Position numbers and translations under genes: made by a program. Shown in pieces: positions 46,111 to 55,989 of a stretch of 64,000 bases of DNA. Positions within the stretch are counted from its first letter, which is position 1. The number at the start of each line of letters is the position of its first letter. The notes under the pieces are model-generated. The model searched no databases, was not told where the DNA came from, and saw only the letters and a list, made by a program, of their open reading frames with translations. Origin of the DNA: Candidatus Bipolaricaulota bacterium (GTDB taxonomy: Bacteria > Bipolaricaulota > Bipolaricaulia > UBA7950 > UBA9294); the NCBI GenBank assembly GCA_028278555.1, contig JANQEA010000035.1, forward strand, positions 152,089 through 216,088, given 5' to 3'.

Positions 46111-46878
46111 TTAGTCGCTCACTCCTAGCTTCAACTCGAGGACTTCGATCAGCTGTTCGATCCAGTCGAGACCGCGCTGTTTCATGCCGACATGCTGGAA
46201 GCCGCCGCCAAACTGGCTCTGGCCGCCCATCCGGCGCCCCATCATCATCGATCCCCGCATTCCGTGGGCGTCTGGGGACTGCTGCGTTTGGGATGAATCT
46301 CCGAACCGCTGGCGGAACCCTTCGGCCATCTCAGATTGGTTCTCGAATCGTCCCCTGAGCCGTTCGGCGATCTGCTCACGGAGGCTGAACGCGGAACCTT
46401 CGCCCGGCTGGCCGAGCCGTCCGCGGACTCCGACGTCCCGTCCGCCGAGGAAGCCGGGGAAGATCGAATCGAGAAGCTCGCCCTGCTTCGCGGACAGGAT
46501 CTCCTTGATCCGGTCGATCGTTTCAAGCGCATGTTCACGTGCCGCCTCGAGCTGGGGTTCTGTCTCAGCGCGGAACGCCTCCAGGACCGCGTCGAGCTCT
46601 TCCGCCGTCCCGTTGAAAGCGATCATCGCCTCCTCGAGTTCGGCTCGACGGATCTCGAGTGCCTCACGCTCCTCGACGAGGCCGACGAGGAGCCCGTGGA
46701 TCTCCTCCATCTGCTCCGTTGTCAGCTCCATCCGGTTGACGAGGATCAGCAGCGGCAGATGATCCGCCTCCTCGCCTGCTCCGGCCGATTTCATGAGGAC
46801 CTGCGTGCTCGCCGGAATCGCCGCGATCACCGCGAGCAGGACCACCACCGATGCGATCCGCAGTCGTTTTCGCTTCAT
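46111..46878 (-). CDS. Periplasmic LTXXQ-motif protein (CpxP/Spy-like stress protein family)
   Basis: Signal peptide, an LTTEQMEEI motif and long acidic/helical segments. It is convergent with the histidine kinase gene. A hairpin (GTGCCGCCGTC…GACGACGGCAC) at about 46030-46060 is a possible bidirectional terminator. Confidence 0.65.
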   Translation of the reverse strand: MKRKRLRIASVVVLLAVIAAIPASTQVLMKSAGAGEEADHLPLLILVNRMELTTEQMEEIHGLLVGLVEEREALEIRRAELEEAMIAFNGTAEELDAVLEAFRAETEPQLEAAREHALETIDRIKEILSAKQGELLDSIFPGFLGGRDVGVRGRLGQPGEGSAFSLREQIAERLRGRFENQSEMAEGFRQRFGDSSQTQQSPDAHGMRGSMMMGRRMGGQSQFGGGFQHVGMKQRGLDWIEQLIEVLELKLGVSD

Positions 46879-47043
46879 CCGTTGTTCCTCCTTTTCCTCA
46901 ACATCGTGGCTCGAACGGTATCGGCCCGCCGTGAACGGGCCCGTCCAAACCTGTGGCAGGACTGTGAAGAGCTGGGCGCTTGAAGCGGAGGAGGAGGCTG
47001 TGACAAACTCGCCTTACGATCCTCAAGCGAGAAGGAGCGAACC

Positions 47044-47334
47044 ATGTCGAGAGTCGGGTGTTTGGTGCTGGTCGTCGTCTTCGCGTTGTCCGGATCCGCG
47101 CTGGCAGCACGGATCGTCTGCACGACGACGATCGTCGGAGACGTCGTCGCGCAGGTCGCCGGAGAGGGCCATTCGCTGACGGTCCTCCTTCCGATCGCCG
47201 CCGACACCGGGAGGCGGATCGTCCTCCTCTACACCGGATCGTTGAGCGGACCGGACGGGCCGGCGCCGACGTACCTCGACAAGATCCGGTTCGACGTCCG
47301 AGCAATCGTCAAGGGGTTGTCGGAGACGCCGTGA
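47044..47334 (+). pseudogene. Truncated TroA/ZnuA/MntC-like metal-binding lipoprotein remnant (96 aa)
   Basis: A signal peptide plus the canonical SBP N-terminus (RIVCTTTIVGDVVAQVAGEGHSLTVLLP) loses family similarity after about 50 aa and stops about 200 aa short of a cluster-A-1 SBP. Its stop overlaps the GTG start of the ATPase (GTGA). Confidence 0.5.
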
Positions 47335-48152
47335 GTCGCCGACGGACGCACGCGGTCCATCTGGCCGATGCCCCGGCCGTCGCCGTTCGCGATCTCTCCG
47401 TTACGCTCGACGGGGAGATCGCGCTGAGCGGAGTCACGTTCGAGCTGGAACCTGGCCGACAGCTCGCCGTCGTCGGTCCGAACGGCGCCGGGAAGACGAC
47501 GCTCCTCCGCGTCCTCGCCGGACTGATTGCCCCGGCAAGCGGCGACGTCCGGATCCACGGCCACGGTCCCTGCGGCCACATCTGCATCGCCTATGTCCCG
47601 CAGAAGAGCGGGATCGACTGGAGATTCCCCGTTACCGTCCGCGACGTCGTGATGATGGGACGGATCCAACGGATCGGCCCGTTCCGCAGGCCGAGCGCGG
47701 ACGACCGACGCGTCGTTCATGACGCGCTCGAAGCGGTCGAGCTTGCTGACCTCGGGAACCGGCAGATCGAGGCCCTCTCCGGCGGTCAGCAGCAGCGGAT
47801 GTTCCTCGCCCGAGCTCTCGCACAGGAGGCAGATGTGATCCTGTTCGACGAACCGCTCGCCGGCCTCGACATCCACTCCCGCGGTGAGATCCTCGGCGTC
47901 ATCGGCCGCCTCCGTGAGCGGAACGTCAGCGCCATCGTGGCGCTTCACGATCTCGGAATCGCCGCCGCGTCGTTCGATCGGGTCCTCCTCCTCCAGCGCC
48001 GTATGATCGGCCACGGCCCGGCCAGCGAGGTCTTCACCGAGGCAAACCTCCGCGAAGCATACGGAACCTGCCTCCACATGACCGATGGACCGTCGGGACC
48101 GTTCGTCATCCACGACACCGCCTGCACCGGAGGCGATGATGAACCTCGTTGA
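47331..48152 (+). CDS. Metal (Mn/Zn/Fe) ABC transporter ATP-binding protein
   Basis: GPNGAGKTT Walker A, LSGGQQQRMFLARAL signature and ILFDEPLAGLD Walker B. In-frame GTG start at 47331. Confidence 0.9.
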   Translation: MSRRRTHAVHLADAPAVAVRDLSVTLDGEIALSGVTFELEPGRQLAVVGPNGAGKTTLLRVLAGLIAPASGDVRIHGHGPCGHICIAYVPQKSGIDWRFPVTVRDVVMMGRIQRIGPFRRPSADDRRVVHDALEAVELADLGNRQIEALSGGQQQRMFLARALAQEADVILFDEPLAGLDIHSRGEILGVIGRLRERNVSAIVALHDLGIAAASFDRVLLLQRRMIGHGPASEVFTEANLREAYGTCLHMTDGPSGPFVIHDTACTGGDDEPR

Positions 48153-48999
48153 GCTGATCGTTGAGCCTCTCCGCTATCCGTTCATGATCCGGGGAATCGT
48201 CGCCGCGATGGCCGTCGGAGGTCTCTGCGGGATCGTCGGTTCGTTCGTCGTCCTCCGCGGGATGGCGTTCATGGGCGATGCAATCGCCCATTCGATCCTC
48301 CCCGGCCTCGCCGGGGGCGTCCTCGTCGCGGGACGCGGAGATCGCCGCGCTCTCTTCTGGTGGGCCCTCGGAACAGCGATCCTCGTCGCCCTCGGGATGG
48401 GTTGGATCAGCCAGCGTGGCCGCGTCCGCGAGGACACGGCCATCGGGATCGTCTTCGCCGGGATGTTCGCCCTCGGGATCGCACTCATCTCGACCGTCCG
48501 CGGCTTCGCCGTCGATCTCGTCCACTTCCTGTTCGGAAACGTGCTCGGCGTTGCGACCGTCGATCTCATCCTGATCGGAGCATTCGGCGGTGCTGTCCTC
48601 CTTCTCGTCCTCCTCTTCTACAAGGAGCTGGTCGTCGTCTCATTCGATCCGACCCTCGCGCGAACCCTCCGCCTCCCGACGGCCGCCTACCGATATCTCC
48701 TGTTCGTTCTCGTCGCGATCACCGTCGTGGTATCGCTTCAGACAGTCGGCGTCGGGCTGATGCTCGCCATGTTGATCGTCCCGGCGTCGACTGCGTTCCT
48801 CCTCGTCCGACGCCTGCCGCGGATGATGGCGATCGGAGCCCTTCTCGGCATCCTGTCCGGCGCGATCGGGCTCTATCTTTCCTTTTACTGGAGCGTCGCC
48901 TCCGGCGCGGCGATCGTCCTCGTCTCGATCGGGCTCTTCTTCGTCGCGCTTCTCGTCTCCCCGCACCGCGGACTCCTTGCACGGTTGCGGAAGGGCTGA
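48136..48999 (+). CDS. Metal ABC transporter permease (ZnuB/TroC/MntB family)
   Basis: About 8 TM helices. ATG at 48136, overlapping the end of the ATPase gene. Confidence 0.9.
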   Translation: MMNLVELIVEPLRYPFMIRGIVAAMAVGGLCGIVGSFVVLRGMAFMGDAIAHSILPGLAGGVLVAGRGDRRALFWWALGTAILVALGMGWISQRGRVREDTAIGIVFAGMFALGIALISTVRGFAVDLVHFLFGNVLGVATVDLILIGAFGGAVLLLVLLFYKELVVVSFDPTLARTLRLPTAAYRYLLFVLVAITVVVSLQTVGVGLMLAMLIVPASTAFLLVRRLPRMMAIGALLGILSGAIGLYLSFYWSVASGAAIVLVSIGLFFVALLVSPHRGLLARLRKG

Positions 49000-49116
49000 C
49001 CAAGCCGTCTCCTCAACCTCACGAGAATCTCACCGATCGGACACTATACGCCCACCCGCACGGTCTACGACTTGGTCGTGATCAACATCAGGGCTTCAGA
49101 ATCGTAGGAGGTTCGT

Positions 49117-49698
49117 ATGAGCAGAAAGGGGCTTCGCGTTGTAGGAGCAGGGGTCGCGATTGCAGCTCTAGGATTCTCGATCTTTTTCGCCGTCGATCTT
49201 CTCTCGGCGCGGCCGGGAATGGCTCAAGAGTCGGAGGAGGGCGAAGCCGCTTCGATTGAGCTCCCGGCGTGGGCCGACTTCGAGCTCGTCGATGCGATCA
49301 CCGGGGAATCGTTCACCATCGCCGATTTCGCCGGGAAGCCGATCCTCGTCGAGAGCTTCGCCGTCTGGTGCTCGATCTGCCTCCGCCAGCAGAAGGAGAT
49401 GGCAAAGCTGATCGAGCTTGAAGGGGAATCGATCGTGCACATCTCGCTCGACACCGACCCGAATGAAGACGACATCGCAGTTCGACTGCACGCAGAGAAG
49501 CACGGGTTCACGTGGCTGTTCGCCGTTGCGCCGGTCGAGATGACGCAGGCGCTGATCGATGCGTTCGGGCTGACGGTGGTCAACGCGCCACGCGCCCCGG
49601 TGATTCTGATCGATGTCGATGGCTCGGCGAGGCTGCTCCGGAACGGCGTGAAGTCGGCGGAGGATCTCCTCGAGGAGATCTCGGGAACCGAGGAATGA
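49117..49698 (+). CDS. TlpA/ResA-like periplasmic thiol:disulfide oxidoreductase (thioredoxin fold, WCSIC)
   Basis: Signal anchor, a CxxC active site and an AGGAGG SD. Confidence 0.8.
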   Translation: MSRKGLRVVGAGVAIAALGFSIFFAVDLLSARPGMAQESEEGEAASIELPAWADFELVDAITGESFTIADFAGKPILVESFAVWCSICLRQQKEMAKLIELEGESIVHISLDTDPNEDDIAVRLHAEKHGFTWLFAVAPVEMTQALIDAFGLTVVNAPRAPVILIDVDGSARLLRNGVKSAEDLLEEISGTEE

Positions 49699-50384
49699 CG
49701 CTCCTCGCCGATCTCGCGGAATCGTTCGTCCTCGGCGTGTTGACGCCGCTTGGTGCAGTCTGCGTCCTCCCTCTCTATCCCGGCTTCCTCGCCTATCTCT
49801 CCAACCGGCTCGCAGGGCGAGAAGCGAAACGGAGCACGATCCTCCTGTTTGCGTTGAACGTGACCGGCGGGGTGGTCGCGTTCATGTTCCTGCTCGGTCT
49901 CGTCTTCACGACGATCCTGCAAGTTTCACTGACCCGCGTGATCGGTGTCATCTCGCCGATTGCGTTCGGCGTCCTGTTCGTCCTCAGCTTCCTCCTTCTC
50001 TTCGACGTCGACATCGGTCGATTTCTCCCGAAAGCGAAGGTCCCGAAGTCGAAGAGCCCGTGGTGGACGGCCTTCCTGTACGGCTTCTTCTTCGGGGCAA
50101 TCGTCGTCCCGTGCAATCCGCTGTTCATCGCCATCTTCTTCACGCGATCGGTCTCCGTCCTCGGGTTCGGGGCGAACCTCCTTCGGTTCCTCGCATTCGG
50201 GATCGGCATCGCCGCTCCGTTGCTCGCTCTCGCCGTCGTTTCGACCGCGGCATCCGGCACGGTGATCCGGTTCCTGACCCGCTACAAGTCGGTCATCAAC
50301 CGGGTCGCCGGTCTGATCATGCTCGGCATTTCGGTCTACTACCTCGTCTTCGTCTTCCGGATCTTCGACACGCTGTTCGGATAA
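49695..50384 (+). CDS. ccdA: Cytochrome c biogenesis protein CcdA / DsbD-core transmembrane electron transporter
   Basis: ATGA overlap with the tlpA-like gene. Six TM helices with the two conserved Cys (…GAVCVLPLYPG… and …VVPCNPLF…). Confidence 0.85.
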   Translation: MTLLADLAESFVLGVLTPLGAVCVLPLYPGFLAYLSNRLAGREAKRSTILLFALNVTGGVVAFMFLLGLVFTTILQVSLTRVIGVISPIAFGVLFVLSFLLLFDVDIGRFLPKAKVPKSKSPWWTAFLYGFFFGAIVVPCNPLFIAIFFTRSVSVLGFGANLLRFLAFGIGIAAPLLALAVVSTAASGTVIRFLTRYKSVINRVAGLIMLGISVYYLVFVFRIFDTLFG

Positions 50385-50396
50385 GGAGGGATCCCG

Positions 50397-51416
50397 ATGA
50401 AACACCCTCACAGGAGAAGGCTCTACTTCGGATTGGCGACCGTTGTGGTGGCAGCCGGTCTGGCGATCGGCCTGGCACAGAGCCAGCCAGATTCCACGAC
50501 CGAACCGCACGTCGAGATCGTCAACGGACGTGAGGTCTACGTTACGGAGTCCGGGTTCCGGTACATCGTCCATCCATCGGAAATCCTGAGCGGCGGCCCG
50601 CCGATGGACGGCATCCCGTCGATCGACCGGCCAGTCTACGTTTCGGTCGAAGAGGCCGACGCGTGGATCGAGGACAACGAACTCGTCCTCGCCCTGATCC
50701 ACGGCGACGTCGTTCGCGTCTATCCGCTCCAAATCCTCGTCTGGCACGAGATTGTCAATGACACGATCGGCGGCGATCCGATCCTCGTCACCTACTGCCC
50801 CCTCTGCGGATCCGGGATCGCCTACGAGCGACGGATCGAGGGGGTCGAGGTCGAGTTCGGGACCTCGGGGAAGCTGTACAACTCGAATCTCGTGATGTAC
50901 GACCGGCGGACCGAGACCTACTGGAGTCAGATCGACGGCCTCGCGATCGTCGGCGAGCTAACCGGGATGGAGCTCGTGCCGATCTCGATCGACACGGTCG
51001 TCTGGCGTGACTGGAAGGTCGCGTATCCTAAGTCCGAGGTCCTCAGCCAGGAGACTGGCTTCAGCCGGCCGTACGGACGCGATCCGTACGGGAGCTACTA
51101 CGAGGACAGCTTCATCTGGTTCCCGGTCGCCGGGCGTGACGATCGGATTCACCCGAAGACGGTCATCTTCGGGGTCGAGGTCGATGGTGTCTACGCCGCC
51201 TACCGCGAGTCCGACCTGATCGAGCTTGGATCGATCGAGGACGTGGTCAACGGGATCCCGATCCGGATCGTCCGCGATCCGGCTGGGGTCGTCACGATCA
51301 CCGATCTGAGCACCGGCGAGGCAATCGTCAAGGAACGCGACTTCTGGTTCGCCTGGTACGCGTTCCACCCGGAGACGCTCCTCTACCTGCCTGAGGCTGA
51401 GTCGGACGGCGAGTAG
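50397..51416 (+). CDS. DUF3179-like periplasmic protein (CPLC motif)
   Basis: Signal peptide, and a TYCPLCGSG motif after WHEIVND. It is probably co-transcribed with the tlpA-like and ccdA genes. Confidence 0.6.
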   Translation: MKHPHRRRLYFGLATVVVAAGLAIGLAQSQPDSTTEPHVEIVNGREVYVTESGFRYIVHPSEILSGGPPMDGIPSIDRPVYVSVEEADAWIEDNELVLALIHGDVVRVYPLQILVWHEIVNDTIGGDPILVTYCPLCGSGIAYERRIEGVEVEFGTSGKLYNSNLVMYDRRTETYWSQIDGLAIVGELTGMELVPISIDTVVWRDWKVAYPKSEVLSQETGFSRPYGRDPYGSYYEDSFIWFPVAGRDDRIHPKTVIFGVEVDGVYAAYRESDLIELGSIEDVVNGIPIRIVRDPAGVVTITDLSTGEAIVKERDFWFAWYAFHPETLLYLPEAESDGE

Positions 51417-51510
51417 AAGAGGAAACCCGATCACCTGCGCCCGCATTCGACGATCCATCACATGCAGGTTTTCTTGATCGCGCCTCTGCGTACTGCTACT
51501 GTCTTCGACC

Positions 51511-52389
51511 ATGCGCGTTGAGGTTCGTCCGCTGATCGCCGAGGATCGATCGCGCGTCCTCGAGATCTCCTCACAGATCTGGGAGGGCGACGACTGGGTT
51601 CCGAATGCGATCGACTCGTGGTTCGGCTCTGAGGAAGGCGAAGCAGTCGCCGCCGTTCTCGACGGAAGACTGATCGGCTTCGGTCGTCGCACATGGATCC
51701 TCCCCCGCCACGCTTGGTTCGAGGCGCTCCGATCCGATCCTGCCGCTCGCGGCGTCGGTGCCGGGCGGGCGATCACCGAGCATCTGATCGACGGTGCCCG
51801 GCGTGACGGTGCCGAGGCAATCCATCTGTCGACGTACATCGACAACGAGGCATCGATCCACATCATCGAATCCTGCGGGTTCGAGCGCGTTGCGACCTTC
51901 GCGGCGGTCGAGAAATCGGTCGACGCGAACCCTGAGAATGGGGACTTCGAGACAGGAATCGTCAGTGTATCCCAGGAGGAAACCGCGGAGTTCGTCGACC
52001 GTTCGAACTTCCTCGACCTGGCAAATCGGCGGTTCCCACGGGGGTGGAAGTTCATTCCGTTCGATCTCGATCCGCTCGAGGCCGTCGCGCGACTGGAAAC
52101 GCGGATCGGCATTCGCCGTGGCGGCAGACTCGTTGCCCTCATGTGCCTGCGCCAACCGGTCGGAGAGGCTGATGGAACCGCTCTCAACTTCGCCGACGGG
52201 GAACCGGACGACCTGAGACGGCTGCTCCGCCATGCTCACACCCTCTACCCGAGATGGAAGATCGCGGCAATGGTTCCGAAGGTCGGAAAGGAGGAGGCCG
52301 CCCTCCTCCCGATCCTCAGGGAGTTCGAGTACACCTCGTGGGACGACTACGCTCCGGCCGTCTTCGTCTACGAACTCGACCTTCGCTGA
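51511..52389 (+). CDS. GNAT family acetyltransferase (N-terminal GNAT plus C-terminal extension)
   Basis: …RGVGAGRAITEHLIDGARRDGAEAIHLSTYIDNEASIHIIESCGFERV…. Confidence 0.75.
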   Translation: MRVEVRPLIAEDRSRVLEISSQIWEGDDWVPNAIDSWFGSEEGEAVAAVLDGRLIGFGRRTWILPRHAWFEALRSDPAARGVGAGRAITEHLIDGARRDGAEAIHLSTYIDNEASIHIIESCGFERVATFAAVEKSVDANPENGDFETGIVSVSQEETAEFVDRSNFLDLANRRFPRGWKFIPFDLDPLEAVARLETRIGIRRGGRLVALMCLRQPVGEADGTALNFADGEPDDLRRLLRHAHTLYPRWKIAAMVPKVGKEEAALLPILREFEYTSWDDYAPAVFVYELDLR

Positions 52390-52484
52390 CGGATCGTCCC
52401 CCGAAGAAGTCATGGCCATGACTTCTCCGACGCGTCTGCGCAGCAGACGCGCAAGCCGCTATGATGTAACCATCGGAGGCAACC

Positions 52485-53261
52485 ATGGGCCCACGTGAAC
52501 TCCCAGAACTGACGCCGAGCGAGCGCGATCGATACGCGCGGCACCTTGTCTTGCCGGCGATTGGCGAGGAGGGGCAGCGGAGACTGAAGGCGGCCCGCGT
52601 CCTCGTCGTCGGACTCGGCGGTCTCGGCAGTTCAATCGTCCTCTACCTCGCAGGGGCCGGCGTCGGGCGGATCGGCGTCATCGATGACGACCGTGTAACC
52701 TTCTCCAATCTCCAGCGACAGATCGTCCACGGAGAGGCGGCCCTCGATCGCCCGAAGGTCGAGAGCGTCGCGGCTCGCCTGGCCGATCTGAATGCCGGCA
52801 TCGTCGTGGAGCCGTTCCCCGAGCGCTTCGACCGGTGTAACGGGCGACGGATCGCCGCGGAGTACGATCTGATCGTCGATGGGACGGACAACTTCGACAC
52901 CCGCTACGCGATCAACGAGGTCTGCCTGACGCTCGGGATCCCCTACGTCTACGGGGCGATCTTCCGCCTCGACGGGCAGCTCAGCCTCCTCTGCACCGAA
53001 GAGGGACCCTGCTACCGATGCCTCTTCCCCGATCCGCCTCCGCCGGGGTCCGTACTGACCGGTGAGGAGGCGGGGATCCTCGGCGCCGTGCCCGGAACGA
53101 TCGGAACGCTGCAGGCGACCGAGGCGATCAAGTGGATCGTCGGGATCGGGCAGCTCCTCGTCGGCCGCCTCCTCGTCTACGACGCGAGCACCATGCGATT
53201 CGAGGAGATCGGAATCGAAAGGAATCCTGCCTGCCCGGCCTGCGGCAGCAGGAACTCCTGA
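52485..53261 (+). CDS. ThiF/MoeB-family E1-like adenylyltransferase
   Basis: VVGLGGLGSSIVLYLAGAGVGRIGVIDDD nucleotide-binding loop and a C-terminal CxxC…CPACG zinc motif. Confidence 0.85.
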   Translation: MGPRELPELTPSERDRYARHLVLPAIGEEGQRRLKAARVLVVGLGGLGSSIVLYLAGAGVGRIGVIDDDRVTFSNLQRQIVHGEAALDRPKVESVAARLADLNAGIVVEPFPERFDRCNGRRIAAEYDLIVDGTDNFDTRYAINEVCLTLGIPYVYGAIFRLDGQLSLLCTEEGPCYRCLFPDPPPPGSVLTGEEAGILGAVPGTIGTLQATEAIKWIVGIGQLLVGRLLVYDASTMRFEEIGIERNPACPACGSRNS

Positions 53262-53277
53262 GCGAGAAAGGACCCCC

Positions 53278-54276
53278 ATGAAGCTACTCATCCTCGGCGG
53301 AACGGTCTATCTCGGGCGTGCGATCGTCGACCGCGCTCTGGCCCTCGGTCATCAAGTCACCCTGTTCCATCGCGGCCAGTCGAATCCAGACCTATTCCCG
53401 GAGGCCGAGCACATTCTCGGCGACCGCGAGCACGATCTCGATCGCCTCTCAGGGAGATCGTTCGATGCCTGTGTCGATACCTGCGGTTACGTCCCGAGGA
53501 TCGTCGGTGCGTCAGTCCGCGCCCTCACCGATGCGGTCGATCGGTATGCGTTCGTCTCGTCATTGTCGGTCTACGGCGATCCGTCCCCCGACGGCACCGC
53601 CGAGGACGGGACGCTTGCGACCATCGACGACCCGACAGTGGAGGAGATCAACGGCGAGACCTACGGCCCGCTGAAAGCACTCTGCGAAGCGGCTGTCCGC
53701 GACGCGTTCGGAGAACGAGCCCTTCTCGTCCGGCCGGGTCTGATCGTCGGACCTCACGATCCGACCGATCGGTTCACCTACTGGCCTTGGCGCGTCGCCC
53801 GTGGCGGCGAGATCCTCGCACCGGGGCGACCGGAGCGAGCAATTCAGCTGATCGATGTTCGAGATCTCGCGGCATGGATCGTCAACCTGCTCGAGATGCA
53901 GCAGTCGGGAGCGTACAACGCCGTCTCCCCTCCCGGGATGATGTCGATGGAGAGCATGCTGTGCGCCTGCCTCGAAGTCGCCGGATCGGATGGAACGCTC
54001 CAGTGGGTCGATGACGCGTTCCTCGTCGACCACGAGGTTGGCGCCTGGATCGAACTTCCGCTCTGGATCCCCGAAGACGAGCCGATCGCCCGCGGGTTCT
54101 TCGCGTTCCGACCGGATCGCGCCGTGTCGAACGGGCTGACCTTCCGACCGATCGAGGAGACCGTCCGAGCGACGCTCCATTGGGCACGCACCCGTCCCGA
54201 CAACCACGAATGGCGCGCCGGCCTGAAACCGGACCGCGAGGACGATCTACTTCGCGCATGGCGAGACGGGCCGTAG
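53278..54276 (+). CDS. NAD-dependent epimerase/dehydratase family protein
   Basis: The in-frame ATG at 53278 gives MKLLILGGTVYLGRAIV…. The upstream part of the track ORF overlaps the moeB-like gene. Confidence 0.85.
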   Translation: MKLLILGGTVYLGRAIVDRALALGHQVTLFHRGQSNPDLFPEAEHILGDREHDLDRLSGRSFDACVDTCGYVPRIVGASVRALTDAVDRYAFVSSLSVYGDPSPDGTAEDGTLATIDDPTVEEINGETYGPLKALCEAAVRDAFGERALLVRPGLIVGPHDPTDRFTYWPWRVARGGEILAPGRPERAIQLIDVRDLAAWIVNLLEMQQSGAYNAVSPPGMMSMESMLCACLEVAGSDGTLQWVDDAFLVDHEVGAWIELPLWIPEDEPIARGFFAFRPDRAVSNGLTFRPIEETVRATLHWARTRPDNHEWRAGLKPDREDDLLRAWRDGP

Positions 54277-54291
54277 CAGTCCGGGCGACGA

Positions 54292-55866
54292 CTACCGAGC
54301 CGGGATGATGATCTCGATCTTCGCCTCATAGACAACCTGTCGATCGCGATCGACGGCCGCCTGTCTGAGCATGAACTCGATGTCCAAAGCGACGTCCCCG
54401 AAGAACGACTCTTTCCCGTTGGTGATCACGCGAATCGGCGAGGTCAGATCGAACTGCTCCGAGCTGAGGAAGATCGTGTACTGTGCGATATTCCGCGTCG
54501 TTACAGCGATCTCGTTCCCCTTCGCGCTGACGTAGATCGAGCCGGTCAGCTGGTCCCGTCGGTAGACGGAATCAGGCATCGGGACCAGTCCGAGCAGGGT
54601 CACCGAGGTTTCGTCGCGGAGGACCTCGATCTCGATCGGTTCTCCGGGGATCTTCCGCTTGATGACCGCCGCCACTTCCTGATCGGTACGGGCCGCCTGG
54701 CCATCGATCGCGACGATCTCGTCCCCGACCTCGATCCCGATTCGGTGCGCGATCCCGTCCGGTTCGACACCGACAACGACGAACCTCCCGCTGCTCGCCT
54801 CGTACGCGATACTCGCCGCGAGCCGCTTGGCGTCCTCGATCCACTCGAGGTTGATATCCTCGAACCCGGCTCCGCCCCATCGCTCGGCGATCTCATCGAT
54901 CCGAACCCAGTCGCAGCGCCCCGTCTCCGGTTGGGATGTCTCCCACAGAACCTTGGGCCGGTACGGATCCCTCTCCCACTCGGCGAGGAAAACGGTCGTC
55001 CTCGGCCACTCGTAGGGGATCATCAGAAAGAGGTTGTGCGTCGTCGGGTAGATCTCCCACTCAAATCCGACCCCCTGCATCCGCAGTTGGGCGATCAGCG
55101 AACTCTCATGGTTGATCGGGATCCCCTCGTCGTAAAGGCCGTTCGCGGCCAAGATCGGTCGGTTGATCAGGTTGCGAGGGTAGCACGGATACGGTCCGAG
55201 GCTCGGCCCGGAGACCGACCCGTACAAGGGGATGAACCCGGCCCACGGCGTCGGATCGTGGAAGGCCATCCAGTAGCTCCCGTGAGCCCCGGCGGAGAAC
55301 CCTGTGAGGAAGACACGGTTCTCATCGATGTTGCAGAGGTGCTTCACATGCGTGAGCTGTGCGAGGATGTTCTGACGCCCGGCCTCGCTCCACCACGTGG
55401 CATCGCGATCGCCGTGCGGCATGACGACGATGAAGCCGTTCTCCTCCGCCAGCTCTTCCCACATCGCCCGCTTCGGGAGGAACTCCTCGATCGTGTAGGG
55501 TCGCTGATTGACCGCCCCGTGCAGACTGAACAGGGCGGGCGTCGGAAGACTCGGATCGTACGATTCGGGGATGAAGACGTGGTAGACGCGCGTGACGCCG
55601 TCTGAGCAGACCCGATCGAGGATCCGCCAGCCGGTCTCCTCGATCGTGGAATAGGTTCGTCCGCGTCGGAGGCGTGCCGCCAGCTCCTCGCAGCCGGTTC
55701 CAAGGGCGATCAGTCGATCGATCGCTTCGTCGATCGCCGTAGGGGTGTCCGCCGCAAAGAAGGTCTCCATCGCGGCATCGAGTTCGGTCTGTCCGACGAG
55801 GATCGATCCGAGACACAAGAGAAGCAGTCCGACACCGAGGAGCACCTCACCCGATCGTCTGAGCAT
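54292..55866 (-). CDS. Secreted alpha/beta-hydrolase (esterase/PHB-depolymerase-like GFSAGA) with a C-terminal PDZ domain
   Basis: Signal peptide, a GxSxG nucleophile elbow and a PDZ segment (GVEPDGIAHRIGIEVGDEIVAIDGQ). Confidence 0.75.
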   Translation of the reverse strand: MLRRSGEVLLGVGLLLLCLGSILVGQTELDAAMETFFAADTPTAIDEAIDRLIALGTGCEELAARLRRGRTYSTIEETGWRILDRVCSDGVTRVYHVFIPESYDPSLPTPALFSLHGAVNQRPYTIEEFLPKRAMWEELAEENGFIVVMPHGDRDATWWSEAGRQNILAQLTHVKHLCNIDENRVFLTGFSAGAHGSYWMAFHDPTPWAGFIPLYGSVSGPSLGPYPCYPRNLINRPILAANGLYDEGIPINHESSLIAQLRMQGVGFEWEIYPTTHNLFLMIPYEWPRTTVFLAEWERDPYRPKVLWETSQPETGRCDWVRIDEIAERWGGAGFEDINLEWIEDAKRLAASIAYEASSGRFVVVGVEPDGIAHRIGIEVGDEIVAIDGQAARTDQEVAAVIKRKIPGEPIEIEVLRDETSVTLLGLVPMPDSVYRRDQLTGSIYVSAKGNEIAVTTRNIAQYTIFLSSEQFDLTSPIRVITNGKESFFGDVALDIEFMLRQAAVDRDRQVVYEAKIEIIIPAR

Positions 55867-55989
55867 CTCGACTCCGCCTTCCGCCTCGCAGGATTCCCGA
55901 ATTCCCTCCGTCCGTTGTCGGGCGGCGCCCAGTCTAGAGCCCCGAGATGGAGAGAATGTGGAGACCGGCCGTTTCGACCCTTCTTCGGG

